DNA of 64,000 nucleotides from Camelus ferus. Its lineage: Eukaryota. The DNA lies in assembly GCF_009834535.1 (NCBI RefSeq), contig NC_045696.1, forward strand, positions 30,072,001-30,136,000. The letters run 5' to 3'. The translations under genes were made by a program, and so were the position numbers. Of this stretch, positions 62,990 through 64,000 are shown piece by piece. The notes beneath the pieces were generated by a model. That model was not told where the DNA came from, ran no database searches, and saw only the letters and a list, made by a program, of their open reading frames with translations. Each line of letters begins with the position of its first letter. The stretch's first letter is position 1.

Positions 62990-64000
62990 ATTACAGTGAC
63001 CTTTAGAGCATAAATTTGGTAATACATATTAAAAAGTAATATTCACTACTTTGACCCAGTAATCCCAAATATAGGATTTTGTTCTATGAAAAATAATTAA
63101 ATCTGTAGACAGATGTTTAAGTATTAGCACTTTTCATTATACTGCTATATAGAAAAAGAAAAGTGCTGGATCAAATCAAAATGTCCATTTAGTAATACAA
63201 TTTAAATACAAATATAATAGAATTCCTCTGAATAGTTTTCAAAAAATACAAGTTAAATAATCACTGAACCCAAAAACACATAAGCCAACATGATCAGGAG
63301 TCATCAGAAATAACAATAATAAGTGACTCACAGGGGATAATTAGTCATAGAATATAAAATACATATTTTAATCTGAATGAAAATATAAGTGAAGATAAAT
63401 GCTAATAAAATTATTAAACTTAACTAAACAGATTTGATAATTAGCTAAATAGAGGATCTAGAAGTAATGATTAAAAATTTAAGGAGGCTTCCAGTAATAA
63501 CTGACTAGGGAATTTGTACTAAGTTTGTTACTCTGAACAAAATATATATGTTTAAACAAAGCCTTTTTAAAGTCAATATCTGATGTAAGATGGAAATTGA
63601 GAGATAAGTCTGATGTTTGGAGCCACTTTTCACCTAGGAAAGGCTGCTGATATCACGATTGATGGTTGAGAGACTAAGAATGCTTTCATAATTTGCATAG
63701 TACTTTTGTCAGCCTCCTGGGCTTGAAGGATACAATCTGAATGCTAGTTCTTTCCAAGGACACCAAAGAAGAGTTCAGCAAAAATAACAATGCATCTTAA
63801 GTAGTACAATTTCCACAGGGACTATTGCCCAAATTTGAATCATCACAATCTTTAAATTTGAATTCAGGTAGTAGGACATATCTATATTCCCAGGAGCCTG
63901 TGAGAGGCAAATAAAAAAATTCTATCTGAATAATATAACATCATCCTATGTCTTACATCATTTTTGTAATTTTTCAAATACAATGTCTTGCAAACAATAA
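62990..64000 (+). mobile_element. Old L1M-type fragments (3'UTR and ORF1/5' region-like)
   Basis: ctttgacccagtaatcccaaatataggatt (L1ME 3' motif) followed by A-rich ORF1-like text; poorly resolved. Confidence 0.45.

Noticed and set aside
1..64000. The short six-frame ORFs as host genes
   Set aside because: All are 60-180 aa, many start at TTG/GTG, overlap repeats or low-complexity DNA and resemble no protein I recognise; only L1 ORF2 and hAT pieces are interpretable
1..64000. CRISPR array, CpG-island promoter, NUMT or endogenous viral coding sequence
   Set aside because: No regularly spaced repeat-spacer array, no CpG-dense island, and no mitochondrial or gag/pol/env-like translation was seen

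Overview
AT-rich, CpG-depleted mammalian non-coding DNA (intergenic or deep intronic), most likely camelid (alpaca/llama/camel), judged from two Vic-1-type tRNA-derived SINEs and cetartiodactyl/camelid-type L1 3' ends. I could not support any host protein-coding exon or RNA gene. The only ORFs with recognisable protein similarity are decayed L1 ORF2 pieces and a decayed hAT (Blackjack-type) transposase. Much of the window is layered transposon debris: L2, MIR, CR1, MER5, hAT MITEs, MaLR/ERVL/ERV1 solo LTRs and several L1s, including a ~6.65 kb full-length L1 with a 16-bp TSD. The most interesting items are: an L1 ORF2 fragment truncated at both ends yet flanked by a TSD; an unexplained ~100-bp insertion flanked by 9-bp direct repeats inside an MLT1 LTR; one L1 3'UTR site inverted in one copy and deleted in another; a fossil hAT transposase split by an LTR; and unique-sequence patches resembling enhancers (STAT/GAS cluster, paired ACGTG motifs, G4, inverted octamer pair). 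I do not see convincing evidence of a wholly new biological system. Repeat family names come from recalled consensus resemblance and need RepeatMasker/Dfam confirmation; boundaries without a TSD are approximate.
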